A DNA stretch of 64,000 bases from an uncultured Gammaproteobacteria bacterium (GTDB lineage Bacteria > Pseudomonadota > Gammaproteobacteria > UBA9214), in contig CAVVHS010000006.1 of NCBI GenBank assembly GCA_963748215.1, positions 384,001-448,000 on the forward strand, written 5' to 3'. A program made the translations under genes and the position numbers. The notes under the pieces were generated by a model that made no database searches, was not told the origin of the DNA, and was given only the letters and a program-made list of their open reading frames with translations. The stretch's first letter is position 1. Every line of letters starts with the position of its first letter. Positions 1 through 9,058 of this stretch are shown here, piece by piece.

Positions 1-1024
1 GGACGGCTATCATAAGGGAAAATTCACTGACCTGGCCGAGCCGGACTCCCGCCTCGAGCGAGAGCTTGTGCTGTTCGCCGGAGTAACGGAGTAATCTCGA
101 AAACACCAACGGTTTGGCGGCGAGCATGACGGTTGCGATGACTGCGGCAGGAATGAAGACATCCGCCAGAACCGTGATATTGAAACCGGCGCCGAGCGAA
201 AAGAAAAACATAATCAGGAAGAAATCGCGCAGCGGTTTGAAACTCTCGGCGATGAACAGTGATATCGGGTTCGTGGCCAGCGCCACGCCGGCAATGAAGG
301 CGCCTGTCTCGTAGGAAAGGCCTGCCGTTTCCGCCAGCTGGGCCATGCCCAGGCACCAGCCGATCGCGGTAAGGAAAACATACTCCTGGATGGTATCAAA
401 GCGCAGGATCAGTGGCTGCAGGACATAGCGTTCGAACAGAAAGGCGACTGTTATCAGGACTGGAATCGCCAGCGCCAGTATTCCTATGCGCTGCCACTCG
501 ATGGCTGACTGCGAGAATGCGTCCAGAAAGACGAGAATAAATATCGCGAGGATATCCTGCAGCAGCAGGATGCTGACCATGACCTGGCCCATATGGCGGT
601 GGTGCAGTGCCGTCGTGGGCAGCAGTTTCAGTCCGATGATGGTGCTCGAGAACATCATGACAGCACCGATTATCAGGCTGTCGAAGGAACTGAACCCGAA
701 AGCCCTGCCGATCAGGTAACCGGCCGCGCAAAAGGCGAGCGAGCTGACGGCAGTAACGACCAGGGCCTCCCTGAACATCCGTGCAAGTTGCGAGGGCTGC
801 AGGTTGAGTCCCAGCAGGAACAGCAGGAAGATGATGCCGATGTGGCCGATCTGCTGGATTACCGAGGCGTCGGTTACCAGCTGCAGGCCCCATGGTCCGA
901 CAAGTCCGCCGAGCAGGATATATGCAACCAGCAATGATTGTCTGGCAAACAGCGCCAGGGCGGCGAGTACAGCAGCGCCGGTGAATATCAGGAATATGGA
1001 AAAGATGATCGAATGGTCAGGCAT
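1..1024 (-). CDS. Cation:proton antiporter, CPA2/Kef family (3' end runs off the window)
   Basis: Manual translation from ATG 1024: MPDHSIIFSIFLIFTGAAVLAALALFARQSLLVAYILLGGLVGPWGL...GIIFLLFLLGL...SSTIIGLKLL...ILLLQD...GAFIAG...LRDFF...QVSEFSL; classic CPA2 motifs, many TM helices, no stop before the edge. Confidence 0.88.
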   Translation of the reverse strand, partial: MPDHSIIFSIFLIFTGAAVLAALALFARQSLLVAYILLGGLVGPWGLQLVTDASVIQQIGHIGIIFLLFLLGLNLQPSQLARMFREALVVTAVSSLAFCAAGYLIGRAFGFSSFDSLIIGAVMMFSSTIIGLKLLPTTALHHRHMGQVMVSILLLQDILAIFILVFLDAFSQSAIEWQRIGILALAIPVLITVAFLFERYVLQPLILRFDTIQEYVFLTAIGWCLGMAQLAETAGLSYETGAFIAGVALATNPISLFIAESFKPLRDFFLIMFFFSLGAGFNITVLADVFIPAAVIATVMLAAKPLVFSRLLRYSGEQHKLSLEAGVRLGQVSEFSLMIAV

Positions 1025-1660
1025 GACTTATCGTATAGCCGGCGTCCTGCAAAATAAAGGCGCTCCGTACTGGTCACCTGGCGGGGCCATGCCAGTATGA
1101 GGGCGCCAGGGCGCGATTGCCTGTTGCCTGGCGGTGTGGCTGTGTGCTGTTACAGAATGGTGTTGGCCTGCCCGGGTAGCGAAAGCTCGAGTGCCCGGAC
1201 CCGCTTGCCGGCCCCGTCGAGGGCCCTGCCGGCGGCGAACATGACATCATGACTGCCGGCTATGTGCTTCTGTTCGCCTGTAACATCTGTCGTTTGGCTG
1301 GTCGACAGGGTTGTGCAGGGTATGCTGGCCGATGCTGAATTGTTTGCGGCAGGGCTGCTATCCGTGGCTGCTGGCATCAAGCTGACCCCTGACGGAATCG
1401 GCCATGAGGTTGATGCGATCCAGTGCCGCTTGCCGGTGTCGCCGCATTCCCGGGTTTGCCAGTGGCTCGAGGTTGTCGGTTGCCAGCGGGGACGGTTTAT
1501 CCGACATCAGGACATCGAGGTGGGCTTCGCCGACCCTGAGGCGAAGCATATCCGTCGTACTGTATTTGTCGCAGGCGTGGGATTACACCCGGACGCGATG
1601 TCGCCGGAACGGGTCACCCCGTGCTAGTCGGCAACAGTCTCCTGTCATTATGATGATGTT

Positions 1661-2329
1661 TCAGGATATTTCGCTGAAGAAGAGCGCAAGGTTGAGCCGA
1701 TTCTCTATTTCCAGTTTTCTGAAAATAGCGCTCAGGTGTGCCTTGACAGTGCGCTCCGAGATGTCGAGTTCGCGTGCAATCATTTTATTGTTGCCGCCGA
1801 GATGAACCATGCGTGCGACTTGCAGCTCTCTCGGCGTCAGGGTTCTGACCAGTGAATTGTCGAAATTGCTGTGCTGTAAGGGCACATTGCCCTCGCTGGC
1901 CAGTTCGCTGATCATCTCGGTGATCAGTTTTCTCTGTATCCAGTATTCTCCCTCGAGTACCAGATTTACGGCGCGCGCAAGCAGTGCGGGCGTGATGTCA
2001 TCCTTGCAGAAACCGCGTGCGCCGGCCTTGAACAGGCTGCGCTGGTCAACCAGCCTGTCAGATTGATTGTCGATGATGACCACGAAAATACCCGACAGTT
2101 TTCTTATCAGGCTGGTCAGGAATTCCGTCGTGTTATCCGCACAGACATGTGGATCGATAAAGAGCAGGGTAGGTCTTTCGCTTGCGACGCAGGAATGCAT
2201 GGCGGGCAGGGAAGTTATCCGCCGGGTTTCGTATTTTTTCCCCAGAACGCCGGTATAACGGCCCGTGACAATATCGTCGCGACTGACAATCAGGATATAG
2301 TCATTTGCCGGTGATGCACTTGCTGCCAT
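1661..2329 (-). CDS. LuxR/NarL-family transcription regulator (atypical receiver + HTH; CsgD/VpsT-like)
   Basis: AGARGF receiver motif, GEYWIQR, C-terminal LTPRELQV...NKMIARELDISERTVKAHLSAIFRKL LuxR HTH. Confidence 0.9.
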   Translation of the reverse strand: MAASASPANDYILIVSRDDIVTGRYTGVLGKKYETRRITSLPAMHSCVASERPTLLFIDPHVCADNTTEFLTSLIRKLSGIFVVIIDNQSDRLVDQRSLFKAGARGFCKDDITPALLARAVNLVLEGEYWIQRKLITEMISELASEGNVPLQHSNFDNSLVRTLTPRELQVARMVHLGGNNKMIARELDISERTVKAHLSAIFRKLEIENRLNLALFFSEIS

Positions 2330-2544
2330 TGGCCCATTCCGCTGTCTGCCGTTCTGTGAGTGCTCATTCCCCTGCGCAGGACCGGTTTCAGCAGATAGTC
2401 AAGGACTGTTATTACGCCCATGAGGATATCAACCAACGTGTCTTGCCAGGATCGATTTCCGGTGGGTCCGCTTCAGTGTCCAGATAGCCGTGTTCAATCC
2501 TGAACCGGATCAGCAACAAGCCCTCACCGTTCCCATGTGTGATG

Positions 2545-2571
2545 GTATCGGCACTGATGCGTTCTAGTTTA
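2545..2571 (-). promoter_or_regulatory. Sigma28 (FliA)-like promoter upstream of the LuxR regulator
   Basis: Minus strand TAAA-N15-GCCGATAC, against consensus TAAA-N15-GCCGATAA. Confidence 0.65.
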
Positions 2572-3017
2572 GCCGGCGATATACCGTAAATAGCGAGATC
2601 ATATGCAGTTAATTTGACCAGGGCGGACTATTCCGGGCGCAGTAAGGCAATATCGGCGGGTCTGGTATGGGCCGTTGAAGGGATACGGCCTTCCAGGGGT
2701 ACGATTTGATGCGGGAGCATTACCGGTCTGGATGATGCCACCTGTGTGTCGATCTTGACCTGATCGATTCTTTGCGGACCGGCGTCCGGCTCACCCTGTA
2801 GCGTCGCCTGTCAGTCAGACGATCCTGGCTATCGAGGATCTGGCCGATCTGTTGATCGGGTCGCAGGTTGTCCCGCTTGGTGACCTCCCGGAAACGTCAC
2901 AGCGAAATCTGACCGTGCGGCAAGGTATGCGTGACGAGGTCAACACGACGGCGAATCTCATAGCCGGAGTAGAGGACACATTCTCGATCCGGGCGCCTTG
3001 CACTCGGCCTCACGTTA

Positions 3018-5006
3018 TTATCGCGTCAGGCTGGCACTGGCCGATTCCTGAGCCAATTCCGGCCTGCCGGTCAGATACCCTTGCAAACCATCGATATTCA
3101 GGCCTGTCAGTGTGTCGCGCTCGGCAGCGGTTTCCACGGACTGTGCGATTACCTGGATATCGAGACTGTGCAGGGTATCCGTGAGCGCCTGTACGAAGAA
3201 CCGGTTGTCGCTGTTGCTGTCGATACCGCGTATGTAACTGCTGTCGATCTTTACAAAACTGATATCCATGCTGCGCAGGTAGCCGAACGATGCGAACCCC
3301 TTGCCAAAATGATCAATGCCGCTCCTGCAACCCAGTGTATTCAGGCGTTCGACGAGGTTGCGGGCATTCTGGATGTTTGCAAGGACCGCGTACTCTGGGA
3401 ATTCAACCAGTATATGTTTCGCTAGCGTGGGGGCATTGCCAAGTGTGCTGGATAACCACTGGATGAAGACTGCGTCATGCAGGGATGTCGATGAAAGGTT
3501 GACGGCAAAAAGGGTTGACGGATCGGGGTTCTGTGCGAGGTATTCGAGCAGTCGTGTGACAGCCAGCTTGTCAAGCTGGCTGGCGAGACCGAAACGTTCA
3601 GCCAGTGGTACGAATATGCCGGCATTGACACCGTTGTTGCTTTTGTCATCGATGCGTGCGAGTACTTCTTTGTGCAGCATGCCGCTACCCTGCGCTTTGG
3701 TTTGGTATACCGCTTGCATGTACAGCCTGATGGCGCCTTTGTCGATGACCTCGCGTAATCGCTTGCGCCAGTTTTGCATGCTGTGTATCTCGGGCTGGTT
3801 GGCTGCCGGAGCCTGATAGCGCTGCCAGATGTTCTGGCCGCTTGCCTGGGCAGAACGCAGTGCCATGTCGGCCTCGGACAGCAATTCCGGCAGCGTATTG
3901 CCATGCCGCCACATTGCAATGCCGATATGACCGATGTCATTTGAATCGGCAAGGCCGTCAGCGCGGAGCTGCAGGAGATCCCTGCAAAGTGTCGCAGCGA
4001 GTGCGTCGGCGCTGCTGACCGGAAGACCGGTGACGACAATGCCGAAGCCGGCGCCCGATATGCGGGCGGCAAAGCTGTTCTCAAGATAGGAAAGTTGCGA
4101 CTTTATCAGCTCGCCCGTTCTTTTCAGCAGCATGTCTCCTGCCGTGTAACCGCTACGTTCGTTGACCCTCGATAAGTCGCGCAACTCGAGCAACAGCAGC
4201 GCACCCTGCGAGACTTCGTCCCTGCTATCCAGCATTGCACCGAACTGACAGTCGAAATAGCGCCGGTTGCCAAGGCCGGTGACGGTATCCTGGTAGGCCT
4301 GCTCGCGCAGGCGCTCCGTCAGTGCAGACTGTTCGGTAAAGATTTCACCGACCTTCTCGGAAAGCCTGTTCATTGCCAGAACGACGCTGCGCAGTTCGGC
4401 GGTACGCGGCAGGCGTCTCTGGATCATGTACGAACGGTTACGTATGGCATCCGCCTGTAACTTAACCCTCGCCAGTGGACGCAGCAGGAACCTGACAGCG
4501 ACAGTTGCGAGTACCAGGGTGACGACCGCGGCGACCAGGTACAGCATCAATGTATCCATTGTCGTGGCCCATAGCTGATTGTAGGCGCGCCCGGTATTGC
4601 TGGTAACATGAATCCGGCCGGCCTGGCTCCAGCCGGACATGACCAGTGCCTCCATGGCAGGCGCTTGCAGGGTAATCGCTTTCACGAACCACTCCGGCGC
4701 GGCACCGGTGTCTGGCGGTACGCTCTTTTCGACCAGCGTGTCTCCATCAGCCGAGATCAGCGCAATACGCTGGTATTCGCCACGGTCAAATACGGCGCCG
4801 ATCATGGTCGAAATCACCGGTATGTCCGGCGGTTGCACATACGGAGACAGCGACAGACCCAGTGATGTTGCGGTATCCCGCGCATGTGTCTCGAGCTGCG
4901 CGGTCATGAACGTGCGCAGGTTTTGTGTGCTGATAGCGACTGTTGCGATGAAGCCGGCAATCAGTATCAGCACAATCCCCGTCGAGATCTGTCTGTAAAG
5001 TGTCAT
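3018..5006 (-). CDS. lapD: LapD-type c-di-GMP receptor (periplasmic domain-HAMP-degenerate GGDEF-degenerate EAL)
   Basis: HARDTATSLGLSL, APEWF and SGWSQAG periplasmic motifs, 2 TM helices, HAMP, SGAGF replacing GGDEF, HKEVL/DHFG degenerate EAL; next to lapG. Confidence 0.9.
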   Translation of the reverse strand: MTLYRQISTGIVLILIAGFIATVAISTQNLRTFMTAQLETHARDTATSLGLSLSPYVQPPDIPVISTMIGAVFDRGEYQRIALISADGDTLVEKSVPPDTGAAPEWFVKAITLQAPAMEALVMSGWSQAGRIHVTSNTGRAYNQLWATTMDTLMLYLVAAVVTLVLATVAVRFLLRPLARVKLQADAIRNRSYMIQRRLPRTAELRSVVLAMNRLSEKVGEIFTEQSALTERLREQAYQDTVTGLGNRRYFDCQFGAMLDSRDEVSQGALLLLELRDLSRVNERSGYTAGDMLLKRTGELIKSQLSYLENSFAARISGAGFGIVVTGLPVSSADALAATLCRDLLQLRADGLADSNDIGHIGIAMWRHGNTLPELLSEADMALRSAQASGQNIWQRYQAPAANQPEIHSMQNWRKRLREVIDKGAIRLYMQAVYQTKAQGSGMLHKEVLARIDDKSNNGVNAGIFVPLAERFGLASQLDKLAVTRLLEYLAQNPDPSTLFAVNLSSTSLHDAVFIQWLSSTLGNAPTLAKHILVEFPEYAVLANIQNARNLVERLNTLGCRSGIDHFGKGFASFGYLRSMDISFVKIDSSYIRGIDSNSDNRFFVQALTDTLHSLDIQVIAQSVETAAERDTLTGLNIDGLQGYLTGRPELAQESASASLTR

Positions 5007-5066
5007 ATATCGTTCCGTGCCGTTACTGCAGCAGAATTCACCCTGTATACGATGGTGTGTGGTTGC

Positions 5067-5765
5067 TCAGCGCGGCAGGGCAAGCTGTTCGTCGCTGATC
5101 CGGGCGATAACTTCCTTCCAGCGGCTCAGTCGTTCCGGATCCCCAACGTGCTGGTCCATGCCGCGTGCCTTTACCAGCCACAACCCGTTACCGTTGAAAC
5201 TATACACCGGTAACAGGTCGGTCCTGCTGGACGATGTGCGAATTTCCATAACCAGGTTATCGAGTACCAGGGGGTCCGCATCGGATGTACTGTAATACGT
5301 TAACACCATATGCGCCTGCTCGAGCTCAAGTGCCTTGACATAGGTAAGCCGCATACGCTCGGCGGGTATGCCCATCTGGCGGAGCGTGAAATATTTCGCG
5401 ATGGAGAAATCCTCGCAGTCACCGCCGTTCGATGCCAGCATCTGCAGGGGGGTCGCCCAGTAGTCCTCCTTGCCCCAGTGATCGATATCGCTGATGAAGG
5501 TAACCTTGTTGAAAAAATCGTTGGTCCTTTGCAATTTCTGCATGTCATCCAGCCCGTTGCTGGCCCGGATCATATCCTGCCAGTCGCTGATCCGCTGCAG
5601 TGCATGTTCGCCATACGTCTCCCTGATTCCTGCCAGTGATTCGACTGCCAGCGTAAATTCCTCGCCATTGCACGGTGCAATGCCGGCAAGGCTCAGTATG
5701 CCCGCCAGCAGGATGCACAGCAGGGGAGAGGCGGTCGCGAGCGGACGTGCTGCGGACGCTGACAT
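5067..5765 (-). CDS. lapG: LapG-type transglutaminase-like cysteine protease
   Basis: Signal peptide; DYWATP, GDCEDFSIAKY (Cys), HMVL (His), VLDNL (Asp), LLPVYSFN. Confidence 0.92.
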   Translation of the reverse strand: MSASAARPLATASPLLCILLAGILSLAGIAPCNGEEFTLAVESLAGIRETYGEHALQRISDWQDMIRASNGLDDMQKLQRTNDFFNKVTFISDIDHWGKEDYWATPLQMLASNGGDCEDFSIAKYFTLRQMGIPAERMRLTYVKALELEQAHMVLTYYSTSDADPLVLDNLVMEIRTSSSRTDLLPVYSFNGNGLWLVKARGMDQHVGDPERLSRWKEVIARISDEQLALPR

Positions 5766-5802
5766 CAGGCAGTCGTTGCGGATGTTTGTGGCATACGAAT
5801 GC

Positions 5803-5829
5803 CTATCGGCACCGGTCGCAACCGACTTG
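5803..5829 (-). promoter_or_regulatory. Possible sigma28-like promoter for lapG-lapD
   Basis: Minus strand CAAG-N15-GCCGATAG, about 40 nt before the lapG ATG. Confidence 0.5.
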
Positions 5830-5965
5830 TGAAATCAGGCTATAAATGAATGACCTGTCGTTGCATCACTACGGCCGGCGGGTGGCCCGGTGCGTGGTAC
5901 CTAGGTCCAATTGCGCCGCCGACGGCCCGCCTCTAGACTCTTTAAAACCATAAAAACAAAGGCTT

Positions 5966-6454
5966 ATGAAAAAAATAAAAGTCACTATTGTCGCGACGGC
6001 CGCGGAGGAATATCCGGGATGCGCAGACATCCTGGGCGCCTGTCCTGAATTCGAAATCGTTGTCCGCTCCGGCGGGCTGTGCGAGACGGGTGGCTGGTCG
6101 GCCATTTCCACTTCCGACGTGCTGGTGTTTGACGAGGCAGCACTGGTGCAGGAAGGCCCAACCGGGCTGCGCGATATTCAGTACTACCACCCCTTGCTCA
6201 AGCTCTTGCTTGTTCTCGAAAATCACAATGAAAACAAAATAATGGAGGCTCTTGCCCTGGGATTTTCCGGAATTATCGAACGTGCCTCGCTGCGTTCCAT
6301 GCTGCGCCGGTCCATCCCGGCGTTGTACTCGGGCGATGCCTGGGTGTCGCGCCAGCTTGTTCAGTCGCTGCGCACCCGGCTGTTGCACCTGGACGGCGAC
6401 AACGTGCCAGGGATGTCGGTACGCACCGGCAAAAACCATGGAAAACTCAATTGA
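5966..6454 (+). CDS. NarL/VpsT-like receiver-domain protein lacking the DNA-binding HTH
   Basis: MKKIKVTIV...DVLVFD...LKLLLV...ALALGFSGII...GDAWVSR; ends before any LTxRE HTH. Confidence 0.75.
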   Translation: MKKIKVTIVATAAEEYPGCADILGACPEFEIVVRSGGLCETGGWSAISTSDVLVFDEAALVQEGPTGLRDIQYYHPLLKLLLVLENHNENKIMEALALGFSGIIERASLRSMLRRSIPALYSGDAWVSRQLVQSLRTRLLHLDGDNVPGMSVRTGKNHGKLN

Positions 6455-6745
6455 TTGATGTGCTTAAGTCGCATCGACGGGTGATTGCTGGCGTGTGACA
6501 GGCAAGTTGTCCGTGATCACTGTCTGTCTGCGTTACCGCGGGCAGGCAGGGTGACTGCCGTTGCCAGAAACCTGAATCCGCTGGCAGGCAGGAAATCATC
6601 ATGCCCGATCAGCTGATCGGCACTACCGGGACAAGCGACAGGAGTGCAACCGTCGTTCATCCGAGCGGAGCGACCGGGTCGCTTGCCGATGCTGCTGCTG
6701 TGGTCGTTGCGTCCATCAGTACAGCCGTCCGGATCGAGGGCGAGT

Positions 6746-6997
6746 AACGCGGGTCCGGGATGGACAGACCGTCAGTCTGGCGGCAGCGGGGCGGACATCC
6801 ATATCCGGTCGCAGGGCAAGTCCGGGTTCGGCCGGGAGATCGATTTCAATAGCACGGAAGCGGACGCGCTTGACCTTGCCGATCTGCTGGCGGGCGAGAG
6901 CAACCCGACGGCCCTGGAACCGGACAATGGCAACCCGGGCATTGCCTCGGGCACCGATACCACCATCACCATCTTCGACGTCGCGGCAAATCGATAG
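6746..6997 (+). pseudogene. Remnant of an RTX/type I secretion C-terminal target domain (LapA-like adhesin tail)
   Basis: GGSGADI...IDFNSTEADALDLADLLAGE...GTDTTITI resembles GGxGxDxF...ITDFxxxEGDxLDLSDLLxGE...GxDTxI; no credible start or upstream adhesin body. Confidence 0.6.
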
Positions 6998-7072
6998 CCA
7001 TGTGAAACTTGCGCTCCGGCTGTGTAATAATCCCCCCCTCCTGATTGCCCCGGAGGGGGAACTGCCGCACCC

Positions 7073-8320
7073 ATGTTTAGACCACTTGAGCTGTTTGTCG
7101 GTCTGCGCTACACGCGCACCAAGCGGCGTACCCACTTCATCTCGTTCATCACACTGACCTCCATGCTCGGCATTGCGCTGGGTGTGACGGCACTGATTAC
7201 CGTGTTGTCGGTAATGAACGGCTTCGAGACCGAGTTGCGCACGCGCATCCTGGGCATGGCGTCACACGCCACCATCTCCCGCTATGACGGCCGGCTCGAT
7301 GACTGGCAGTCGCTGGCGTCGCTTGTCGAAAACCAGCCGCACGTGCTGGCCTCGGCCCCCTATGTCAGCGGCGAATCCATGCTCAGCAACGGCCAGCAGG
7401 TGAGTGGCGCCATCCTGCGCGGCGTGGATCCGGCGCTGGAAGGCCGTGTGTCCGACGTGGTCGATCACATTCGCGGCGGTGACATCGCGCAACTCAGTCC
7501 CGGCGGCTACGGCATTATCCTGGGCAGCGAGCTGGCCGCGGCACTCGGTGTGGGTGCCGGCGATGCAATCACCGTGGTTTCCCCCCAGATTACGATTGCA
7601 CCGACCGGTGTACTGCCGCGACTGCGACGCTTTACCGTGCTGGCGACCTTCGAGGTCGGCATGTACGAGTACGACCGGGGTGTCGCGCTGGTGCACCTGC
7701 AGGATGCCGCCAAACTGTTCCGGCTCGATGGTGCCGTCAGCGGGCTGCGCCTGAAAATCGACGATGTGTTCGATGCGCCCATGGTGGTGCGCCAGCTGGC
7801 TGCGGAGTTGCCGGGTGATTACCGGCTCGAGGACTGGTCGCGCAAACACGCCAACTTCTTCCGCGCGGTGAAGACCGAGAAGCGCGTCATGTTCATTATT
7901 CTTACGCTGATTGTCGCCGTTGCCGCATTCAATATCGTGTCCACCCTGATTATGGTGGTAACCGACAAGCGTTCGGATATCGCGATCCTCAGGACGCTGG
8001 GCGTCACGCCGCGCTCGATCATGATGATCTTCATCATCCAGGGCGTCGTGATCGGCGTGCTGGGCACGGCGCTGGGCGTGGCCGGCGGGGTGGGGCTGGC
8101 CCTGAACATCGAGTCCATCGTGCCGGCTATCGAGCGGCTGTTCAACGTGCAGTTCCTGGCGGCGGATGTGTACTACATCAGCGAGGTACCCTCCGAGCTG
8201 CACTGGAACGACGTGTGGATCATGGCCTCGGTGGCATTGCTGCTGAGCCTGCTGGCGACGCTGTACCCGGCCTGGCGCGCGGCGCGCACACACCCGGCCG
8301 AGGCATTGCGCTATGAGTGA
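7073..8320 (+). CDS. lolE: Lipoprotein-releasing ABC transporter permease LolC/E
   Basis: GLRYTR...FISFI...[17 protein letters not shown]...DIAILRTLG...[17 protein letters not shown]. Confidence 0.93.
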   Translation: MFRPLELFVGLRYTRTKRRTHFISFITLTSMLGIALGVTALITVLSVMNGFETELRTRILGMASHATISRYDGRLDDWQSLASLVENQPHVLASAPYVSGESMLSNGQQVSGAILRGVDPALEGRVSDVVDHIRGGDIAQLSPGGYGIILGSELAAALGVGAGDAITVVSPQITIAPTGVLPRLRRFTVLATFEVGMYEYDRGVALVHLQDAAKLFRLDGAVSGLRLKIDDVFDAPMVVRQLAAELPGDYRLEDWSRKHANFFRAVKTEKRVMFIILTLIVAVAAFNIVSTLIMVVTDKRSDIAILRTLGVTPRSIMMIFIIQGVVIGVLGTALGVAGGVGLALNIESIVPAIERLFNVQFLAADVYYISEVPSELHWNDVWIMASVALLLSLLATLYPAWRAARTHPAEALRYE

Positions 8321-8984
8321 GGTACTGCGTTGCGAGGGTCTGGGCAAGACTTTCAGGGAAGGCAGTGAGGCCCTGAAAATCCTGCATGACATCGATTTTA
8401 CGGTCGCGACCGGCGAGCGCATCGCGATCACGGGTGCCTCGGGCAGTGGCAAGAGCACCCTGCTGCACCTGCTCGGCGGGCTGGACCAGCCCACGACAGG
8501 TCGGGTCATCCTGGCGGGCAAACCACTCGCCAGCCTGACGGCGGCGCAGCTCGGACGATTGCGCAACCACGAACTGGGCTTCGTTTACCAGTTTCACCAC
8601 CTGTTGCCCGAGTTCACGGCGCTGGAGAACGTGGCCATGCCGCTGCTGGTGCGCGGCCTGGCGCCGGCGCAGGCGCGGCAGCAGGCCGCCGCCATGCTGG
8701 AGCGGGTCGGCCTGTCCGCGCGCCTGGGACACAAGCCCGGCGAGTTGTCGGGCGGTGAACGACAGCGGGCGGCCGTGGCGCGCGCCCTGGTGACGCAACC
8801 GCATTGCGTGCTGGCCGACGAGCCGACCGGCAACCTGGATCGCCGGAATGCCGACCAGGTCTATGCGCTGATGCTGGAGCTCAACCGGGAACTGGGTACC
8901 AGCCTGCTGGTGGCGACCCACGATGCCGCGATTGCCGAACGCATGGAACGGGTTGTGCAACTGGAGGATGGTCGCCTGGTCTAG
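8313..8984 (+). CDS. lolD: Lipoprotein-releasing ABC transporter ATPase
   Basis: [44 protein letters not shown]. Confidence 0.95.
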   Translation: MSEVLRCEGLGKTFREGSEALKILHDIDFTVATGERIAITGASGSGKSTLLHLLGGLDQPTTGRVILAGKPLASLTAAQLGRLRNHELGFVYQFHHLLPEFTALENVAMPLLVRGLAPAQARQQAAAMLERVGLSARLGHKPGELSGGERQRAAVARALVTQPHCVLADEPTGNLDRRNADQVYALMLELNRELGTSLLVATHDAAIAERMERVVQLEDGRLV

Positions 8985-9058
8985 CCGCACCGCAAAACAT
9001 GGGTCCTCCATGATCGACGCGCCGGCTCACCCGGTTTCTTCGAAGATCATGGAAGACA

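Noticed and set aside
1025-1660. Short ORFs (1150-1380 -, 1262-1627 +, 1358-1549 -) in a 630-bp gap
   Set aside because: No recognisable motifs, RBS or consistent codon bias; could be decayed sequence, but no call is supportable
2330-3017. RTX-like fragments (GIGTDAF near 2544; DLADLL near 2837) suggesting a second adhesin remnant
   Set aside because: Too short and too far apart; the first is better explained by the sigma28-like promoter on the opposite strand
6605-6620. Perfect 16-bp palindrome CCGATCAGCTGATCGG
   Set aside because: Single occurrence, no T-tract and no clear target gene; may be chance
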